From positions 31,018,294 through 31,041,839 of the forward strand of contig NC_057719.1 in assembly GCF_004010195.1 (NCBI RefSeq): a stretch of DNA of 23,546 nucleotides, written 5' to 3'. This stretch comes from Chiloscyllium plagiosum. Taxonomy: Eukaryota. The notes below the pieces were generated by a model. The model saw nothing but the letters and a program-made list of their open reading frames with translations. It searched no databases and was not told where the DNA came from. Position numbers and translations under genes: made by a program. The stretch's first letter is position 1, and the number at the start of each line of letters is the position of its first letter. This document shows, piece after piece, positions 21,365-23,546 of this stretch.

Positions 21365-21620
21365 CATAGAACATAGAACATAGAACAATACAGCACAGAA
21401 CAGGCCCTTCGGCCCACGATGTTGTGCCGAACTTCTAACCTAGATTAAGTACCCATCCATGTACCTATCCAAATGCCGCTTAAAGGTCGCCAATGATTCC
21501 GACTCTACCACACCCACGGGCAGCGCATTCCATGCCCCCACCACTCTCTGTGTAAAGAACCCACCCCTGACATCTCCCCTATACCTTCCACCCTTCACCT
21601 TAAATTTATGTCCCCTTATT
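21365..21620 (-). mobile_element. Young-looking CR1 3' end
   Basis: (CATAGAA)3 tail, GAACAGGCCCTTCGGCCCA, and FFTQRVVGAWNALP on the - strand. Confidence 0.88.
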
Positions 21621-21814
21621 AATGAATTACAAACTATCTGACTGAACTAGCAGACTTATTATATAACCTTCCTTTCCTACCAACCTACAAATACCAAATT
21701 TTGATCTTGCCAACTTTTTGCATTGGCTTTTAGATCAGATGTAACACAATGCTACAATAGCTGGACAAACTGTGAGAAATGCTTTTATAGGAGCAGCAAA
21801 ATCATGAAATACTA

Positions 21815-22690
21815 ACAATAATAATAATTTATAAAGCTCCTTTAACATAACATCCTTAGGCATTTAATGGGACCATTTTAAAACAAACATGACATTGAGC
21901 CACATACGAAAATATTAAGTTGGCTAATAAAAAGCTTGATCAAAGTTAGGTGCTAATGTGTGTTCTCAAAGAGAAAAGTGATACAGAAAGGCAGAGGGAT
22001 GTGGGAAATATTGCATGGATTGAGGCCTAAGCAACTAAATTATAGTCACCAATAGTGCATTAATGGCAGATTAAAATCAGGGATGCATAAGACATCAGAA
22101 TTAGAGAGACACAGATATCTTGTACAGTTGTGAGGCTCACTCAGGTTAGAGAGGTACAGAGAGATTAGGTCATGGAGGGATTTGAAAAGAAGGTTGACAA
22201 TTCTAATATTACAACATTGCTTGATTGAAAACTGATACAGATCAGTGAAGATAGGGCTGCTAATGGAATGGGATTTGGTGAGAGTGAAGACTTGGGCAGT
22301 ACTGTTTTGGATAACCTTCAGTTTAAAGAGGGAAACAGACCAGAACTGTTGATGCTAGAGTTAGCAAAGGCAAGAATGAATGTTTCACCAGTCAATAGCT
22401 GAGACAGGGCAAAAGTCAGGCAAAGTTACTTAAGTGGAAATAGGCAGTCTTTGTGATGGCATGAATATGAGATCAAAACTCATCACAGGTTTAAATGTGG
22501 CACCAAAGTTGCAATGAATTGGATTAATCTCAGACTGTTGTCAGAGACAGGAATGGAGTAAGAGCTAGGGAATTATGTTCTTAGAAAGAACCAAAAACAA
22601 TAGCTTCAGTCTTCCCAATATTTAATGTGAGGAAATTTCTGTTCATTCAATATTACATGTCAAATAAACAGTCTGATAATTTAGCAGCAA
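21815..22690 (-). mobile_element. Old L2-like LINE fragment
   Basis: (AAT)n followed by TTTATAAAGCTCCTTT resembles an L2 3' end. Purine-rich + strand, with AAAACAATAGCTTCAGTCTTCCCAATATTTAA reading LNIGKTEAIVF on the - strand. Confidence 0.65.
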
Positions 22691-22883
22691 TAGAAGTGTT
22701 GAGAGAGGTTTTGGTGGAGGTAGAATGTGGTGTTGAAAGGGATGTGCGAAAACATTCAGTCAGCATCAGCGAGAGGAATGCAAGCAGATGGAAAATAAAA
22801 GAAGATGGAGGCTAATACCTAGTTGCAAAGCAGGTCAATAACAAATCCCTAATTCATTGACAATGGAAGGTGTTTTATTGGAC

Positions 22884-23070
22884 ATTTTTTGTTCGTTCAT
22901 GGGATGAGAGTTGTCACTCCTCAACTGCTCTGGAGCAAGTGATGGTGAGCTGCATCTTTGAGTGCTGCAGTCCATGTGGTGTAGGTACTCCCATCATGCT
23001 ATTAGGAAAGGAGGTCCATATTTTAACCCAGCAATGGTGAAGGAATGATGACATAATTTCAAATCAGGCC
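22884..23070 (-). mobile_element. L2/CR1-clade LINE 3' end
   Basis: TTTTTTGTTCGTTCATGGGATG...GGTGAGCTGCATCTTTGAGTGCTGCAGTCCATGTGG; tail shared with the SINE at 510-828. Confidence 0.65.
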
Positions 23071-23511
23071 TGTGTAATAAATGGGCACCAGGAAAGGAAA
23101 TAAGTCTTAAAATTGTAGCAGTATTACAAAGAGTATATGTTTTCTTAGAATGTACTAAGAAGGGAGATATGACTGCATAAAGCCATGAAAATCTATCTTC
23201 GAATATTGATAAAGAGAATTAGACGTGCTGAATATTTTCTTTCAAAAGGGAAGGTATTTCATTCTGCTTCAAAACAAGGATGTAAACCAACTGAGAGATT
23301 CTGGATCAAGTTAGTTACTGATTCTTGATGATGATAGTATTTGTTTTCCAGAGGGGTTACTGAAGTAGAAAATATTAATTGGAGGAATACATGCAAGTTA
23401 TAAACCAGCCCCATTATAGGGTATTGGATTAATGAGTGACTTAGTAAGTGAACAGTTTGGAATCATGAGCAAGCCCTTATATAAAGAATTGATTTTAATT
23501 TTGGGAAATGA

Positions 23512-23546
23512 TCTGTGGTGCTGGAAAAGCAGCCAGTCAGGAAGCA
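23512..23546 (-). mobile_element. Edge of another Penelope-derived repeat
   Basis: TGTGGTGCTGGAAAAGCAGCCAGTCAGGAAGCA resembles the reverse complement of 12743-12777. Confidence 0.5.

Larger units (their letters stand above)
4792..23546 (+). other. TOGARAM1: TOGARAM1 intron 1 (continues past the window end)
   Basis: Follows a strong donor. Repeat-filled, with no recognisable downstream TOGARAM1 exon. Confidence 0.75.

Noticed and set aside
23340..23403. Possible acceptor TTGTTTTCCAG as TOGARAM1 exon 2
   Set aside because: The required phase-0 frame hits TGA after three codons.
1..23546. CRISPR array or prokaryotic defence system
   Set aside because: Vertebrate intronic DNA; no regularly spaced repeats with unique spacers and no operon structure.

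Overview
Eukaryotic genomic DNA, very probably a shark (cartilaginous fish), judged from HE1-type V-SINEs, abundant CR1 LINEs and shark-type Penelope repeats. Positions ~1.9-2.9 kb are a CpG-rich promoter that looks bidirectional. It drives TOGARAM1 (FAM179B/Crescerin-1) on the + strand, whose ~2 kb first coding exon (2770-4791, TOG1 and TOG2) ends at a canonical CAG|GTAAGA donor. A divergent non-coding first exon on the - strand is probable, most likely KLHL28 by mammalian synteny. The rest is TOGARAM1 intron 1, a dense pile of nested retroelements. The main points of interest: (1) a decayed Gmr1-like Ty3/gypsy element with the atypical order gag-PR-IN-RT-RH, whose RT catalytic DD motif is split by a SINE; (2) a 624-bp solo LTR with a 4-bp TSD; (3) several Penelope-like pieces with minimal hammerhead-ribozyme motifs, one beside a 65-bp inverted repeat. 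These are known classes of element, and I found no convincing evidence of a wholly new biological system. All family assignments come from motif recognition, not database searches.
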